A stretch of DNA of 64,000 bases. Origin: Nitrospira sp. (lineage in GTDB: Bacteria > Nitrospirota > Nitrospiria > Nitrospirales > Nitrospiraceae). Below are positions 47,273 through 58,624 of the stretch, one piece after another. Below the pieces are notes generated by a model. The model saw only the letters and a program-made list of their open reading frames with translations. It did no database searches and was not told the origin of the DNA. The stretch covers positions 874,721 through 938,720 of the forward strand of contig JARFXR010000001.1 in assembly GCA_029194535.1 (NCBI GenBank). The letters are read 5' to 3'. The number at the start of each line of letters is the position of its first letter. The stretch's first letter is position 1. The position numbers and the translations under genes are program-made.

Positions 47273-48556
47273 TTACGGAGGTCGCTCATGGGGCGGTGTC
47301 TGGCGCGTCTGTTCGCGCCGGTGTGGCTGTTCGAACAGGAGTCGGGCCCCCGGTTTGAAAGTCAGGTAGAACCACATCCACTCCGACATCACGCGCACAC
47401 GGTTCCGGAATCCCACCAGAAAGAAAATGTGAACCAGGCACCAGAGCAGCCAGGCAAGGACGCCGGCGGCATGGACCGGGCCGAGTTGCGCCACCGCCCT
47501 GGCACGGCCGATGGTGGCCAGCATGCCGCGGTCCCGATAGACAAAGGGCCGGCGCCGTTCGGGAGGCATCCCGCCCGTGATCAGTTCAGCCACATAGCGA
47601 CCCTGCTGCATCGCTACGGGGGCGAGCCCCGGCAGCGGTCGCCCGTCTGTGCCCGGACAATGGGCCGCATCGCCGATGGCGAATATCCAAGGATCTCCGG
47701 GAATCGTCAGATCCGGTTCCACCTTGATCCGCCCTGACGGATCCAACGGGACGCCGACGGTGCCGAGCAGGGGCGAGGCCCGGTTGCCTGCGGCCCAGAT
47801 GATGTTAGCGGCGGGCAATACCTCTGCTCCAACGGTCACGCTGCCGCGGTCCACTGCCCGGACCGGACTGTTCAGCCGCACGGTGACGCCCATGCGGGTC
47901 AAGGCCGCCGCGGCCTTCGCCGAGAGATCGGGACTGAATGCCGGGAGCAGACGTGGGCCGCCCTCGACCAACACGATTGAGAGATCGTCGAGATGCAGGG
48001 CGGGAAAATCCGGTCCCATCGCTTTGCGTCCGATTTCCGCCAGCGCGCCGGCCAATTCCACCCCCGTCGGTCCTCCGCCCACGATCACGAAGATCAACCG
48101 CTCCCGTGAGCCGGCCTCGGCTCGGCGCTCCGCTTCTTCGAACGCCAGCAGCATGTTCTGACGCAGCAGCACGGCGTCGGTCATGGTCTTGAGTCCCGGG
48201 GCCGATGCCTCCCACTCGTCATGATCAAAGTAGGCATGCCGGGTGCCGGGCGCCAGAATGAGCACCTCAAACGCTATCGGCGGGCTGTGTTGCACATGCA
48301 CGACTCGGCCGATTCGATCGACCGACAGCACGTCATCCATGACCACCCGCACATTGGATTGGGAGCGAAAGACGGTGCGCAAGGGCCAGGCGATGTCGCT
48401 CGGCGACAAGGCGGCCGTGGCCACCTGATAGAGTAGGGGTTGAAAGAGATGGTGGTTGGTCCGGTCGATGAGCACGACCTGGTCGTGGCGGAGACGCCGG
48501 GCGGCCGATAAGCCGCCGAACCCGCCTCCGACAATCACGACGTGTTTCGGGGGCAT
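47273..48556 (-). CDS. ndh: Type II NADH:quinone oxidoreductase
   Basis: VIVGGGFGGL, FQPLLYQVAT, APGLKT..DA, VGGGPTGVELAG, AIGD, AMQQG, GMLATIGR. Confidence 0.92.
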   Translation of the reverse strand: MPPKHVVIVGGGFGGLSAARRLRHDQVVLIDRTNHHLFQPLLYQVATAALSPSDIAWPLRTVFRSQSNVRVVMDDVLSVDRIGRVVHVQHSPPIAFEVLILAPGTRHAYFDHDEWEASAPGLKTMTDAVLLRQNMLLAFEEAERRAEAGSRERLIFVIVGGGPTGVELAGALAEIGRKAMGPDFPALHLDDLSIVLVEGGPRLLPAFSPDLSAKAAAALTRMGVTVRLNSPVRAVDRGSVTVGAEVLPAANIIWAAGNRASPLLGTVGVPLDPSGRIKVEPDLTIPGDPWIFAIGDAAHCPGTDGRPLPGLAPVAMQQGRYVAELITGGMPPERRRPFVYRDRGMLATIGRARAVAQLGPVHAAGVLAWLLWCLVHIFFLVGFRNRVRVMSEWMWFYLTFKPGARLLFEQPHRREQTRQTPPHERPP

Positions 48557-48561
48557 GGTGC

Positions 48562-48684
48562 TCAGCTCCCGCGATAGGTCGTGTAGCCGAACGGGCCGAT
48601 CAGCGGCGGAATGTGATGGCGCCGTGCCGGGTACGGGACCCCGAACGTGATGGTGATCTCCGGATAGAAACTCGTGCCGTTCAA
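48562..48684 (-). CDS. Candidate 40-aa small protein or leader peptide upstream of ndh
   Basis: GAGGAG RBS, TTG start, MNGTSFYPEITITFGVPYPARRHHIPPLIGPFGYTTYRGS*; ends 5 nt before the ndh ATG. Confidence 0.4.
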   Translation of the reverse strand: MNGTSFYPEITITFGVPYPARRHHIPPLIGPFGYTTYRGS

Positions 48685-48786
48685 GTGCTTCTCCTCAGCA
48701 TTCAGTTTTGATCGAAGAAGAGTAGATGCCCGCCACAGCGGACATGACGCAAGAGGATACCGGCCAACGACCCGCTATCGTGTGGC

Positions 48787-49530
48787 TCAGGGCAGCTGCA
48801 GCCCCACTGCAAACGTCGCAGCATATCCCGCAGCCGTCGGAGTCGGGTCCACCATGAGTCGGTCGCCGCCTCGCCGGAAGATGCGGTCGTCCTGATTACG
48901 GGCTGTGCGCGGACCTCTGGACGCGTAGGGTGCGACGGCATACACGCGATCCGTGAAGGCGTCGTCGAAATACATCTGGGAGGTGAATTCAAAGCCGCGC
49001 CGGTCCCGAGGATCGGTGCGGACCTTCACATGAATGTGGACCGTTCGGCCTTCGTACCAGCCGGGATAGATGGTCAGAAATCTGGCTTCTCCCTTTGCAT
49101 CGGTGATCTGATAGCCTCGGAGAAACTTGTGGCCGGTCGTGTTGAACCGCGGATCCTCCACGTCGGAGTACAAACCCATGGCGTCGCAATGCCAGATATC
49201 TACGTGCGCGCCTTCAAGAGGACGACAGGCGTCGCCGCTGATGCGCGAAGCCATGACCGTCAGGGCCAACGGGGTCCCGGGCTTGATTGTCCCGTCCGTC
49301 GGATCCGAGCGAATATCCGATCGGTTCAGATGCTCATCGACGAAATACGGCCCCTCGGTCTGTGTCGGCCGGACGACGCAGAGCGGATCGGAACCGCTTG
49401 CCGCGGCGCGCCGAGGCCTCAGAAGACTCGCCGCGACCAGACAGATCGCGCCGTTCCCCAGCAGGGTGAGCGCGTCCCGACGGGACAGCCGTTGTCGGAG
49501 GGAGCTGGGCCACATCCAGGGATCGATCAT
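48787..49530 (-). CDS. Tat-exported intradiol ring-cleavage dioxygenase family protein
   Basis: LSRRDAL Tat motif; TEGPY, WHCDA.G.Y, LRGYQ.TD, PGWY.GRTVHIH.KV. Confidence 0.85.
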   Translation of the reverse strand: MIDPWMWPSSLRQRLSRRDALTLLGNGAICLVAASLLRPRRAAASGSDPLCVVRPTQTEGPYFVDEHLNRSDIRSDPTDGTIKPGTPLALTVMASRISGDACRPLEGAHVDIWHCDAMGLYSDVEDPRFNTTGHKFLRGYQITDAKGEARFLTIYPGWYEGRTVHIHVKVRTDPRDRRGFEFTSQMYFDDAFTDRVYAVAPYASRGPRTARNQDDRIFRRGGDRLMVDPTPTAAGYAATFAVGLQLP

Positions 49531-49556
49531 CGCGAGTCCTTTCGTGCTGAGGGTCT

Positions 49557-51485
49557 TTACGAGGAGCCGGGCAGTTCCTGGACCGCCCGCCAGGCCTGGT
49601 CGATCGCCGCATCCATATAGGCTCTGGCTCCGGCGTCCGAATTGGCGATCGTGATGCGCCCCAGCGAGCGCCGTCCCACGACGTGCGGGCCGCGTTCCCC
49701 CGTCACATCCGGGTCGTAGAGTGCGCTGCCTTGGTACGTATAGCCATGGGCCCACCGGTTCACCGTGATGGCCTGAATATCGCGGTCCGCATCGAATCCG
49801 CCCGGTCCCAACATGCCGTCGAGATGCTCCTTGACGGCGGTTTCGAATTGCGCGAAGGGCATGCTGAAGAGTTTGACGCGGCCTTGCCGGAACTGCTCGC
49901 GCGGCGGAGTGCCGTATTGATCCGCGAGCGGCACATGGATCATCGTCAGGATCATCGGATGCGCCGGATCATCCGACGATCCGTAGCCGCCCATCCGTAT
50001 CGGATAATCCAGCAGCACCGACTGATGAAAGCTTCCCGGGCACTCGGCCGCTCCGAGACCCAGTTCACGGATGGCGCGCCAGTTTCTGAGCGAGACGGCG
50101 GTGTACACCAAGGGAGCCTTCGCGGCCTGCCGGAGCGCGTCTTTCTGCTCCTGCGGCAGCTCCGGAACCAGGTGCGGAATCATGATGTTGTAGCAGGCCA
50201 GCACGCAATGTTTGGTCCGGACGCGATAGGTGCGGTTCTTGAGCACATAGGTGACCAACACGCGGTCCGCCTGATGCGGAGTCCCTTCGTGAGCGACGTG
50301 GACGACCGTGCTGTTCAATCGGAGTCGGACAGCGGAGTCGGGGCGGTCGAGCCGGCCGTAGTCGAACGGAGCCAGAATCACATCGTCCATCGTCGCGCCG
50401 GGGGCGACGCGCGGAATCAATCGTCGGACCAGAAGCCGAGCGATCGAGGCGTTGCCGTCAGGGAAGTGATGGATGTAGGGCTCCGACTCATCCGGCGTGA
50501 CAGGTCCTGATCTTGTGGGCGTCCGATCGGCGATCGCCCGCTCCGTGATCCCGGGCAACCCGAGCGCAAGCGCTTCCAGGGTCGATAACGTATCGGCCCC
50601 TTGGCCGGTGTATTCGGCCGGCAGGCTGCGAAGCATACGGAACACGTCCGGATCGTCCACCAGGAGCTGCTCGCGAAGAAACGTGAAATAGGGCGTGGCG
50701 CGGGCATAGCTGAACCGGGCCTCCGCGGTGATCCGGTCCAACGCCCCGTCGCCGCCGGTCAAGATCCGCAGGAGCTGCTCCTTCGCGCGTGATGCCAGCG
50801 GCATCCGCTCGACGGCCTGCTCTGGCGACAGTGTGGAACGCGCAATGCCGGGAACTCCCCAACTCACATCGGTCAAGGTGAAGGGAACCACCGACGCCTT
50901 GCCGTAGGTCTTGCCCTCGAAGAAGGTGGCGGGGCGAAGGGCGTGACGCTGGAAAAACGTCATGTCGTATGCCGACACGAACCGGTCGAGTTTCACCCCG
51001 AGGTCTCGCAGGAGGAAGACGGCGGTGCGGCTGTACCGGCCGGGGGTCTGCATCGTCTGTGAGCCTCCGTATGAGAGGCGGGTCTGTCCGTCGACGACGA
51101 ACTCGTTCCGTTTGGCATGTCCGCCGAAATCATCGTGGTTTTCGAGCAGGAGAATCCTGGCCTGCGGACCCTGTTGCTGCTGATAGAACCAGGCCGCCGC
51201 AAGCCCGCTGATCCCCGCGCCGACGATCACCAGGTCATAGTCTGCTCCATCGGGTTCCGTCACCGGTCCCCAGTCGCCCTTTCCGGTCCAGGCGAGTGCA
51301 TGGGCCGTTTCGAATGCTCCCGGATGGTTGCCTCGCAGTCCCGTACGTCTGGGCGGATAGTCGTCGTCCGCCAGCCATCGGTCGAGGTCATTCCCCAGCG
51401 CCAACGGCGGCAACAACGTAGAACCCAGCGCGAGGAGGGCTCCATTCAAAAAGTCTCGGCGGGTGATTCCGGAACGATCGGTCAT
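49557..51485 (-). CDS. Tat-exported FAD-dependent oxidoreductase, spermidine dehydrogenase (SpdH)-like
   Basis: ITRRDFL Tat motif; IVGAGISGLAAA, LENHDDFGGHAKRNEF, HFPDGNASIARLLV, NRWAHGY, ANSDAG. Confidence 0.8.
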   Translation of the reverse strand: MTDRSGITRRDFLNGALLALGSTLLPPLALGNDLDRWLADDDYPPRRTGLRGNHPGAFETAHALAWTGKGDWGPVTEPDGADYDLVIVGAGISGLAAAWFYQQQQGPQARILLLENHDDFGGHAKRNEFVVDGQTRLSYGGSQTMQTPGRYSRTAVFLLRDLGVKLDRFVSAYDMTFFQRHALRPATFFEGKTYGKASVVPFTLTDVSWGVPGIARSTLSPEQAVERMPLASRAKEQLLRILTGGDGALDRITAEARFSYARATPYFTFLREQLLVDDPDVFRMLRSLPAEYTGQGADTLSTLEALALGLPGITERAIADRTPTRSGPVTPDESEPYIHHFPDGNASIARLLVRRLIPRVAPGATMDDVILAPFDYGRLDRPDSAVRLRLNSTVVHVAHEGTPHQADRVLVTYVLKNRTYRVRTKHCVLACYNIMIPHLVPELPQEQKDALRQAAKAPLVYTAVSLRNWRAIRELGLGAAECPGSFHQSVLLDYPIRMGGYGSSDDPAHPMILTMIHVPLADQYGTPPREQFRQGRVKLFSMPFAQFETAVKEHLDGMLGPGGFDADRDIQAITVNRWAHGYTYQGSALYDPDVTGERGPHVVGRRSLGRITIANSDAGARAYMDAAIDQAWRAVQELPGSS

Positions 51486-51670
51486 CTGTGTCGCGGAGTC
51501 CTAAGCGGCGGCGGGCTCGTTCCCGACCAAGCCAGGCTACGGTGCGACGTCGGTACTGTCAACAGCTCTGTTGGAAGAATACGTTATCGAGAAGAAATCC
51601 GTGGGAGATGTGATGTATGGACGCAGGAGGAGGTCGAAGCTGAATCGCCCGGCGGTGGAACCGGAAGAAA

Positions 51671-51769
51671 CTACCCGTTCAGGTTGAGACCCAATACGAA
51701 GAGCGCGAGGAGGCCGATCAGCACCCACGCCAACCCTCGATCCCCGCATTTGCCGAGCAGCGCTTTCAT
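51671..51769 (-). CDS. Small single-TM protein (32 aa)
   Basis: GGAGGGAG RBS; MKALLGKCGDRGLAWVLIGLLALFVLGLNLNG*; below the ORF-track cutoff. Confidence 0.6.
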   Translation of the reverse strand: MKALLGKCGDRGLAWVLIGLLALFVLGLNLNG

Positions 51770-52013
51770 GCTCTCTCCCTCCTGAACGGGTTTGAACCGA
51801 GTCGTCGAGCTGGACGGCGTGCAAGTCTTGATCCGCCTTACCGGATGAGAAGGCTCGGAAGCGTCGCGCGAAAGTAGTTGTGCGATAAGGAAAAAGTTTC
51901 AACCTGCGACCGGTTCACAAGGATCGAATCAGACAGCTCGCTTGCCGCCGCCTCATTCGCACAGTGCGGACTGTGCGGGATCGCTCGTAGATGACACTTC
52001 CAGCTGAAACCTT

Positions 52014-52042
52014 TGTAACCTTGGACCTGTTCATCGCGACTA
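52014..52042 (+). promoter_or_regulatory. Putative ECF-sigma promoter TGTAACC-N16-CGACTA
   Basis: The AAC -35 and CGWC -10 pattern is typical of ECF promoters; it lies upstream of an operon encoding an ECF sigma. Confidence 0.5.
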
Positions 52043-52112
52043 GTAGATGCAGGGGACGGAACCACGACTGTGTCCAGTCCATACAAAGATTCATCACCAC
52101 GAGGAGGACTCT

Positions 52113-52712
52113 ATGAAACCGGCTACGTCGTTGATGCTGGGGTTGGCATTGGGCAGCGCCCTGATCGGTTCGTCGGTGGCCTGGGCCGACGGGGGAGACC
52201 GCTGCGCGGGCAAGACTCATCAGATGTCCTATCATCAGGGCGGCCATCGGCATGGAGGGTTCGCGCCCCATCTGTTCAAGCATCTCCTGAAGAACAGGGA
52301 GGAACTGCGGCTTACCGACGAGCAAGTCGCGAAACTGCGGACGATCGCCCTGGATGCGGATCGGGCTCGGATCAGGGCGGAGGCCGATGTGATGGTCAGT
52401 GAGCGGGAACTTCGTTCCATGATGTGGGATGATACAACGCAGCTGCCGGCGATCGAGGCCAAGATCAAGGAAGGGGAGGCGTACAAGGCCGCCGCTCGGA
52501 TCATAGGGATCAAGGCCGCACGGGAACTCATCGGCGTCCTGACGCCGGAGCAGCAGGCCAAACAGAAAACCTTGTGGAAACAGTACCGGCATCACCGCCA
52601 TCAAGGCGCAGAGGCGGATCAGCCTCCGAGCCTCTCATCGGGAATCGGAGGCGGGACGGGGGCTTCGGTGGTCGAAGAGAGCGCGCCGATGGGCGGACCG
52701 TCCGCGGGATAA
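52113..52712 (+). CDS. Spy/CpxP-like periplasmic protein, His-rich
   Basis: GAGGAGG RBS; signal peptide; L.LTDEQ..KL and VLTPEQQAK motifs. Confidence 0.8.
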   Translation: MKPATSLMLGLALGSALIGSSVAWADGGDRCAGKTHQMSYHQGGHRHGGFAPHLFKHLLKNREELRLTDEQVAKLRTIALDADRARIRAEADVMVSERELRSMMWDDTTQLPAIEAKIKEGEAYKAAARIIGIKAARELIGVLTPEQQAKQKTLWKQYRHHRHQGAEADQPPSLSSGIGGGTGASVVEESAPMGGPSAG

Positions 52713-52803
52713 CTCTCGCGTCCATGGAAGACCGTATGGTGCTATGATGGGCGACTGTTTCCCTGCGACCACCGCGCTGTCGTGGTCGGAACTCCGCCTG
52801 CCG

Positions 52804-53412
52804 ATGGCTGATGAGTCGTTGACCGTTTCCGAGACTGCCCCGGAAGACCGCGACCTCCTGCGGCGGATCCGAGAGGGGGACACCGAGCGTTTTGCGGAAC
52901 TGATCAGCCGATATCAGCAGCACGTCGTCCGGATCGTCACCCGGCGGGTGCCGGCTGACGAGGTCGAGACGACGGTTCACGACGTGTTCGTCCGGGCCTA
53001 TTTCGGGCTCGCGCAGTTTTCGGACTCCGTCTCGTTCGATCACTGGCTGGCGGGCATCGCGGTCCGGACCTGCTACGACTTCTGGCGATCGAGGCGTCGG
53101 GGCGAATGGCCCGTGAGCGCGCTGACCGACGCGCATCACCGCTGGATCGAGCAGGCACTCGCCGCCGCTTCCGACGAGGAGTTCAAGGACCATGCAAGGA
53201 GAGGAGAAGCGGCAGAGGTGCTGCGCTGGGCCTTGGGACGTCTGTCGCCGGAGCATCGAGCCGTCCTCACTCTGGTTCACCTCGAAGGCCGTTCCGTACG
53301 CGAGGCGGCGGAGCTGCTGGGCTGGAGTACGGTCAACGTCAAGGTCCGGGCCTTTCGGGCCAGGCGGGCGATTCGCGATATTCTGAACAAGAGCTCGCGA
53401 GGGGGTATCTGA
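52804..53412 (+). CDS. ECF (sigma-70 group 4) RNA polymerase sigma factor
   Basis: DLLRRIREGD..FAELISRY, DVFVRAY, FDHWL..IA, region 4 LSPEHRAVLTL..LEG.S..EAA..LG.S..NVKVR..RAR. Start 52804 or 52744. Confidence 0.92.
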   Translation: MADESLTVSETAPEDRDLLRRIREGDTERFAELISRYQQHVVRIVTRRVPADEVETTVHDVFVRAYFGLAQFSDSVSFDHWLAGIAVRTCYDFWRSRRRGEWPVSALTDAHHRWIEQALAAASDEEFKDHARRGEAAEVLRWALGRLSPEHRAVLTLVHLEGRSVREAAELLGWSTVNVKVRAFRARRAIRDILNKSSRGGI

Positions 53413-53732
53413 TGGGATATTCTGACGGCGAGCTGAAGAAGCTGGAGCGTGCGTTGACGGACGCATTCCGCGTTCCGGTCGATCATCCGGTCGATCACGG
53501 CGAGATGACGCGGCGGGTCATGCGGACGTTACGCCGGTCGGCGGACGCCGGCGCGCAAGGGCAAGGGAGCACCTCCGGTCTACTCGATCAGCTTGTCTGG
53601 CGCGTCGCCACCATTGCGGCGGCAGTCGTCCTGGCCTTTTCGGTGGTCACGGTTCAAGCGTTGCGCACTTCGACCGGAGAGAGCACGGTGCTGGCGGAGG
53701 AATTCGAAGCGACTCCGCTGTTTGGAGACTGA
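53412..53732 (+). CDS. Putative single-TM anti-sigma factor
   Basis: Overlaps the sigma stop codon; one TM near the C-terminus. Confidence 0.65.
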   Translation: MGYSDGELKKLERALTDAFRVPVDHPVDHGEMTRRVMRTLRRSADAGAQGQGSTSGLLDQLVWRVATIAAAVVLAFSVVTVQALRTSTGESTVLAEEFEATPLFGD

Positions 53733-53821
53733 TTCGCATGCAGCGCAACCGTCGGACGGTTTTCAGGGACGGGATGAGCGCAGGGCTCAACCGGGCGCGC
53801 GGAGCGTAAGGAGCGCGTAAG

Positions 53822-54241
53822 ATGTGGCGACCGAAACTGTGGGCGGGGCTGGCGGTCCTTTTTGCGGCCGGCGTGCTGACCGGTGTTGTCGGCATGTGGC
53901 TCTATGGAAACGCTGATCGGACGCACCGGGGCGACCGGGGCCCGGCGGCCCAACAGGAGCGGATCATGAAGCGGCTGACGCAAGAGCTGTCGCTGACAGC
54001 TCAGCAGCAGCTCGAGATTGAACCCATCGTGAGCCGGGCGCATCTGGCCGTCTTGGAGTTGCGATTCTCGCATCAGTCCGAAGTCGAACAGATCCTGGCC
54101 AAAGGAATGGCGGAGATCAAACCGACGCTGTCCCCCGAGCAGCAAGCCGGGTTGGATCACATGTACGCGGGGTTGCAGCAGCGCTGGCAAACGTCACGGA
54201 ACTACGTCCAGGCGCGGAAGCAAGCCGTACCCACGCCGTAG
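53822..54241 (+). CDS. Periplasmic Spy/heavy-metal-sensor-like helical protein
   Basis: N-terminal TM; [14 protein letters not shown] and LSPEQQ motifs. Confidence 0.7.
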   Translation: MWRPKLWAGLAVLFAAGVLTGVVGMWLYGNADRTHRGDRGPAAQQERIMKRLTQELSLTAQQQLEIEPIVSRAHLAVLELRFSHQSEVEQILAKGMAEIKPTLSPEQQAGLDHMYAGLQQRWQTSRNYVQARKQAVPTP

Positions 54242-54287
54242 AGGAAGACGGGGTGGCCGCATCGGAGCTGCGGAGCAGAAGGCGACC

Positions 54288-55505
54288 ATGGCGGAACCGA
54301 TTCCATTTGCGAGGATGCTGAAGCGCTGGCTCCTCGGCCTGACCGCGGCCTGCCTGCTGGCGCTGGGAGGCTACGCGCTGCTGGCCAAGTCCGGCGAAGA
54401 GCCCTCGCGCGCCGGCCAGATGCCCGGTGCCGCGCGGACGCTTCCCGTGCTCGTCGTCCCGGCGCGCACGGGCGACATCGGCATCTACCTCAACGGGCTC
54501 GGGTCTGTGGTGCCGCTGAATACGGTCAACGTCAAGAGTCGCGTCGATGGGCAGCTCATGCAGGTGCTCTTTCGAGAGGGACAGCTCGTCCGGTCGGGCG
54601 AGCTTCTGGCCCAAATCGACCCTCGTCCCTTCGAGGTGCAACTCAGCCAGGCCGAAGGGCAGATGGCGCGCGATCTGGCGCAGTTGAAGAACGCCAAGCT
54701 CGATCTGGAACGGTACAAGGGCCTGGTCAAGCAGGGTTATATCCCGAAGCAGCAATTGGATACGCAGGAAGCGATGGTGCGGCAGCTGGAAGGCGTCGTC
54801 AAGGCCGATCAAAGCCAGATCGACAACGCCAAACTCCAGCTGGCCTACAGCCGCATCACGGCGCCCATCAGCGGGCGCGTAGGATTGCGGCTGGTGGATC
54901 CGGGCAACATGGTGCGCGCCAACGACACGAACGGCCTGCTGGTGATCACGCAGCTCACGCCGATCACCGTGGTTTTTACCATTCCGGAGGACAGCCTTCC
55001 TCCGGTCCTTGAACGGCTCAACGCCGGCCGGCAACTTGCCGTCGACGCATTCGATCGGGAGCAGAAGAAGAAGTTGGCGTCTGGGACCCTGCTCACGGTC
55101 GACAATCAAATCGACCCGAATACGGGAACGGTGCGCCTGAAGGCGGTGTTCGCAAACGAGGACGGCTCCCTGTTCCCCAATCAGTTCGTCAATGCGCGGC
55201 TCTTGCTGGACGTGAAACACGGAGTCACGATCGTGCCGGCCGTGGCGGTCCAGCGTGGCGCCAAGGGCACGTTCGTCTATGTGGTGAAGGAAGACCGGAC
55301 GGTCGCGGTTCGAACGGTGGCCCTCGGCACGACCTACGGTGAGGACGCATCGATCGATTCCGGACTGGCCCCCGACGAGCTGGTCGTGGTGGACGGTACA
55401 GAAAAGCTCCGCGAAGGCAGCAAGGTCGAGGTGCGGAACCGGAACGAGCCGCCGGCTGCTGTCTCGCCGCCGTCCGGACCGGAGAAGCCGCAGCGGGAAC
55501 GATAA
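54288..55505 (+). CDS. mdtA: MdtA/MuxA-like RND membrane fusion protein
   Basis: [58 protein letters not shown]. Confidence 0.9.
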   Translation: MAEPIPFARMLKRWLLGLTAACLLALGGYALLAKSGEEPSRAGQMPGAARTLPVLVVPARTGDIGIYLNGLGSVVPLNTVNVKSRVDGQLMQVLFREGQLVRSGELLAQIDPRPFEVQLSQAEGQMARDLAQLKNAKLDLERYKGLVKQGYIPKQQLDTQEAMVRQLEGVVKADQSQIDNAKLQLAYSRITAPISGRVGLRLVDPGNMVRANDTNGLLVITQLTPITVVFTIPEDSLPPVLERLNAGRQLAVDAFDREQKKKLASGTLLTVDNQIDPNTGTVRLKAVFANEDGSLFPNQFVNARLLLDVKHGVTIVPAVAVQRGAKGTFVYVVKEDRTVAVRTVALGTTYGEDASIDSGLAPDELVVVDGTEKLREGSKVEVRNRNEPPAAVSPPSGPEKPQRER

Positions 55506-55507
55506 TC

Positions 55508-58500
55508 GTGAATCCGTCGCGCCTCTTCATCCTGCGGCCGGTGGCCACCGCCCTCCTCATGGTCGCCATCTTGCTGGGAGGCGCCCTGGCCTACCGCCAG
55601 TTACCGGTTGCGGCCCTTCCTCAAATCGACTACCCGACGATTCAGGTCTTGACGTTTTACCCGGGGGCCAGTCCAGACGTCATGGCGTCTTCGGTGACGG
55701 CACCGCTCGAGCGACAGTTCGGGCAAATGCCCGGCCTGAATCAGATGACCTCGACGAGCTCCGGCGGGAGTTCGGTCATCACGCTCCAGTTCGCGCTGGA
55801 TCTCGAGCTCGACGTCGCCGAGCAGCAGGTCCAGGCTGCCATCAATGCGGCCTCCACGTTTCTCCCCCGCGATCTGCCGAATCCGCCGGTGTACAGCAAA
55901 GTGAATCCGGCCGATGCGCCGATCCTGACGTTGGCCATGACGTCGGCGACGTTGGCGTTGTCGCAGGTGCAGGATCTGGCGGAAACGCGGTTCGCCCAGA
56001 AGATCTCGCAGCTGTCCGGGGTGGGACTGGTGAGCATCAGCGGTGGCCAACGGCCGGCCGTGCGGATCCGGGCCAACCCCAGGGCGCTGTCGGCCTATGG
56101 GCTGACCCTGGAAGATCTCCGCCAGACGGTCGCCGCGGCCAACGTCAATCAGGCGAAAGGAGCGTTCGACGGCCCGCGCCGGGCCTCCATCATCAACGCG
56201 ACCGACCAACTTTTGTCGAGCGGCGAGTATCGCCCGCTGATCGTCGCCTATCGCAACGGCGCGCCGGTTCATCTCTCCGACGTGGCGGAGGTCATCGACG
56301 GTGTGGAAGACGTCAAGCAGGCGGCGTGGCTGAACGAGAACCCGGCCATTCTCGTCAACATCCAGCGCCAACCCGGGGCGAACGTCATCGAGGTGGCGGA
56401 CCGCATCAAGAAGCTGCTGCCCCAGCTCCAGAGCGCGCTGCCGTCCTCCGTTCACGTCACCGTCCTGACCGACCGGACCGTGTCCATCCGGGCCTCGGTG
56501 CACGATGTCCAGTTCGAGTTGATGCTCGCCGTCGCGCTCGTGATTCTCGTCATCTTCTTGTTTCTGCGGACGCTCTCCGGCACCGTCATCCCCGCGGCGG
56601 CCGTCCCGTTGTCGCTGGTCGGCACGTTCGGGGCGATGTACCTCCTCGGATTCAGTCTCAACAACCTGACCTTGATGGCGCTCACGATTTCGACGGGATT
56701 CGTCGTCGACGACGCGATCGTCATGATCGAAAACATCTCCCGCTACATCGAGCGGGGCGATTCGCCGCTTCAGGCGGCGCTGAAGGGCTCGCAGCAGATC
56801 GCCTTCACGATTCTGTCGCTGTCGATTTCGCTCATCGCCGTGTTGATTCCGCTCCTGTTCATGGGAGACGTAGTCGGCCGGCTGTTCCGGGAGTTTGCCG
56901 TCACACTGAGCATGACGATCGTCATCTCCGCCGTCGTCTCGCTCACGCTGACACCGATGATGTGCGCCAGACTGCTCCGGCGCCAACGCGAGTCGGAACA
57001 GAGCACGTTCTACCGCAAGTCGCAGGAGCTGTTCGATCGAACGATCGAGGCCTATGGGCGCACCTTGCGCTGGGTGTTGAGCCGTCAATCGGCCACCTTG
57101 GCCGTCGCAGTCGGCACGCTCGCCGTCACCGTCCTGTTGTACATCGTCGTGCCCAAGGGTTTCTTTCCGGTGCAGGACACCGGGGTGATCCTCGGCATTT
57201 CCGAGGCGGCCCAGTCGATCTCCTTCAGCGCGATGGTGGAGCGACAGCAGGAACTGGCGAGGGTCATCCTCTCGGATCCGGCGGTTGCCGCCCTCTCGTC
57301 CTTCATCGGCGTGGACGGCACGAATACGACCCTCAACAGCGGCCGGATCCATATCAACTTGAAACCGCTGTCGGAACGCCGGCTCTCTGCGCAGGACGTC
57401 ATCCGCCGCCTACAGGCGCAGACGGCGGGCATCGAGGGCATGGCGCTATTCATGCAGCCTGTTCAGGACCTCACGGTCGAGGATCGGGTGAGCCGCACCC
57501 AATACCAGTACACGTTGGAGGACGCGGACACGGAGGAGTTGCTCGAATGGGCTCCGACGTTGTTGGAGGCGTTGCAGACGTTGCCCGAACTGCGTGACGT
57601 GAGCAGCGACCAGCAGGATGGAGGCCTTGCTTCCCTGATCGTCATCGACCGGAGCACGGCGTCCCGTCTCGGCATCGCGCCGCAGCTGATCGTCGATACC
57701 CTCTACGACGCGTTCGGGCAGCGTCAGGTGTCCACGATGTATACGCAGTTGAATCAGCATCGGGTCGTGCTGGAGGTCATGCCGGAATTTCAAAGCGGTC
57801 CGCAGGCGCTTCAGTTTCTCGACATCCGCTCCCTGACCGGCGGACAGGTCCCGCTGAGCGTGTTCACCCAGGTCTCGGAGACCACCACGCCGTTGGCCAT
57901 CAGCCGGCAAGGGCAATTTCCCGCCGTCACCCTGTCGTTCAATCTGGCGCCGGATACGTCTCTGGGCGGGGCCGTGACCGCCATCGAAGAGACGGCCCGG
58001 GCCATCGCCCTGCCGAGGAGCATCAAAGGAAGCTTTCAGGGAACCGCCCGCGCGTTCCAGAGCTCCTTAGCGAATCAGACCTGGCTGATCCTGGCCGCGC
58101 TCGTCACCGTCTATATCGTGCTCGGCATCCTGTACGAAAGCTACATCCACCCCTTGACCATCCTGTCGACCTTGCCGTCCGCAGGTGTCGGCGCGCTGCT
58201 GGCGCTCATGCTGTTCCGGACGGAATTCAGCGTCATCGCGCTGATCGGCATCATTCTGCTGATCGGCATCGTGAAAAAGAATGCGATCATGATGATCGAC
58301 TTCGCGTTGGAGGCGGAACGAACGGACGGCAAGCCGCCCGCGACGGCGATCTACGAGGCCTGTCTGCTGCGATTCCGGCCGATCATGATGACGACCATGG
58401 CCGCCCTGTTGGGGGCGTTACCGCTGGCCGTCGGATCGGGCGCCGGTTCGGAGCTCCGGCGACCTCTCGGTATCGCGATCATCGGGGGGTTGATTGTGAG

Positions 58501-58624
58501 CCAAGCGCTGACCCTGTACACCACGCCGGTCGTGTATCTGGCCTTCGACCGGCTGGCGCGCCGCGTTCGATCCCGCCGCGCCGCGGTACCCCGCTCCGAG
58601 GCCGTCACCTCCGAGACCCCATGA
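55508..58624 (+). CDS. mdtB: MdtB/MuxB-like RND transporter subunit
   Basis: [55 protein letters not shown]. Confidence 0.9.
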   Translation: MNPSRLFILRPVATALLMVAILLGGALAYRQLPVAALPQIDYPTIQVLTFYPGASPDVMASSVTAPLERQFGQMPGLNQMTSTSSGGSSVITLQFALDLELDVAEQQVQAAINAASTFLPRDLPNPPVYSKVNPADAPILTLAMTSATLALSQVQDLAETRFAQKISQLSGVGLVSISGGQRPAVRIRANPRALSAYGLTLEDLRQTVAAANVNQAKGAFDGPRRASIINATDQLLSSGEYRPLIVAYRNGAPVHLSDVAEVIDGVEDVKQAAWLNENPAILVNIQRQPGANVIEVADRIKKLLPQLQSALPSSVHVTVLTDRTVSIRASVHDVQFELMLAVALVILVIFLFLRTLSGTVIPAAAVPLSLVGTFGAMYLLGFSLNNLTLMALTISTGFVVDDAIVMIENISRYIERGDSPLQAALKGSQQIAFTILSLSISLIAVLIPLLFMGDVVGRLFREFAVTLSMTIVISAVVSLTLTPMMCARLLRRQRESEQSTFYRKSQELFDRTIEAYGRTLRWVLSRQSATLAVAVGTLAVTVLLYIVVPKGFFPVQDTGVILGISEAAQSISFSAMVERQQELARVILSDPAVAALSSFIGVDGTNTTLNSGRIHINLKPLSERRLSAQDVIRRLQAQTAGIEGMALFMQPVQDLTVEDRVSRTQYQYTLEDADTEELLEWAPTLLEALQTLPELRDVSSDQQDGGLASLIVIDRSTASRLGIAPQLIVDTLYDAFGQRQVSTMYTQLNQHRVVLEVMPEFQSGPQALQFLDIRSLTGGQVPLSVFTQVSETTTPLAISRQGQFPAVTLSFNLAPDTSLGGAVTAIEETARAIALPRSIKGSFQGTARAFQSSLANQTWLILAALVTVYIVLGILYESYIHPLTILSTLPSAGVGALLALMLFRTEFSVIALIGIILLIGIVKKNAIMMIDFALEAERTDGKPPATAIYEACLLRFRPIMMTTMAALLGALPLAVGSGAGSELRRPLGIAIIGGLIVSQALTLYTTPVVYLAFDRLARRVRSRRAAVPRSEAVTSETP

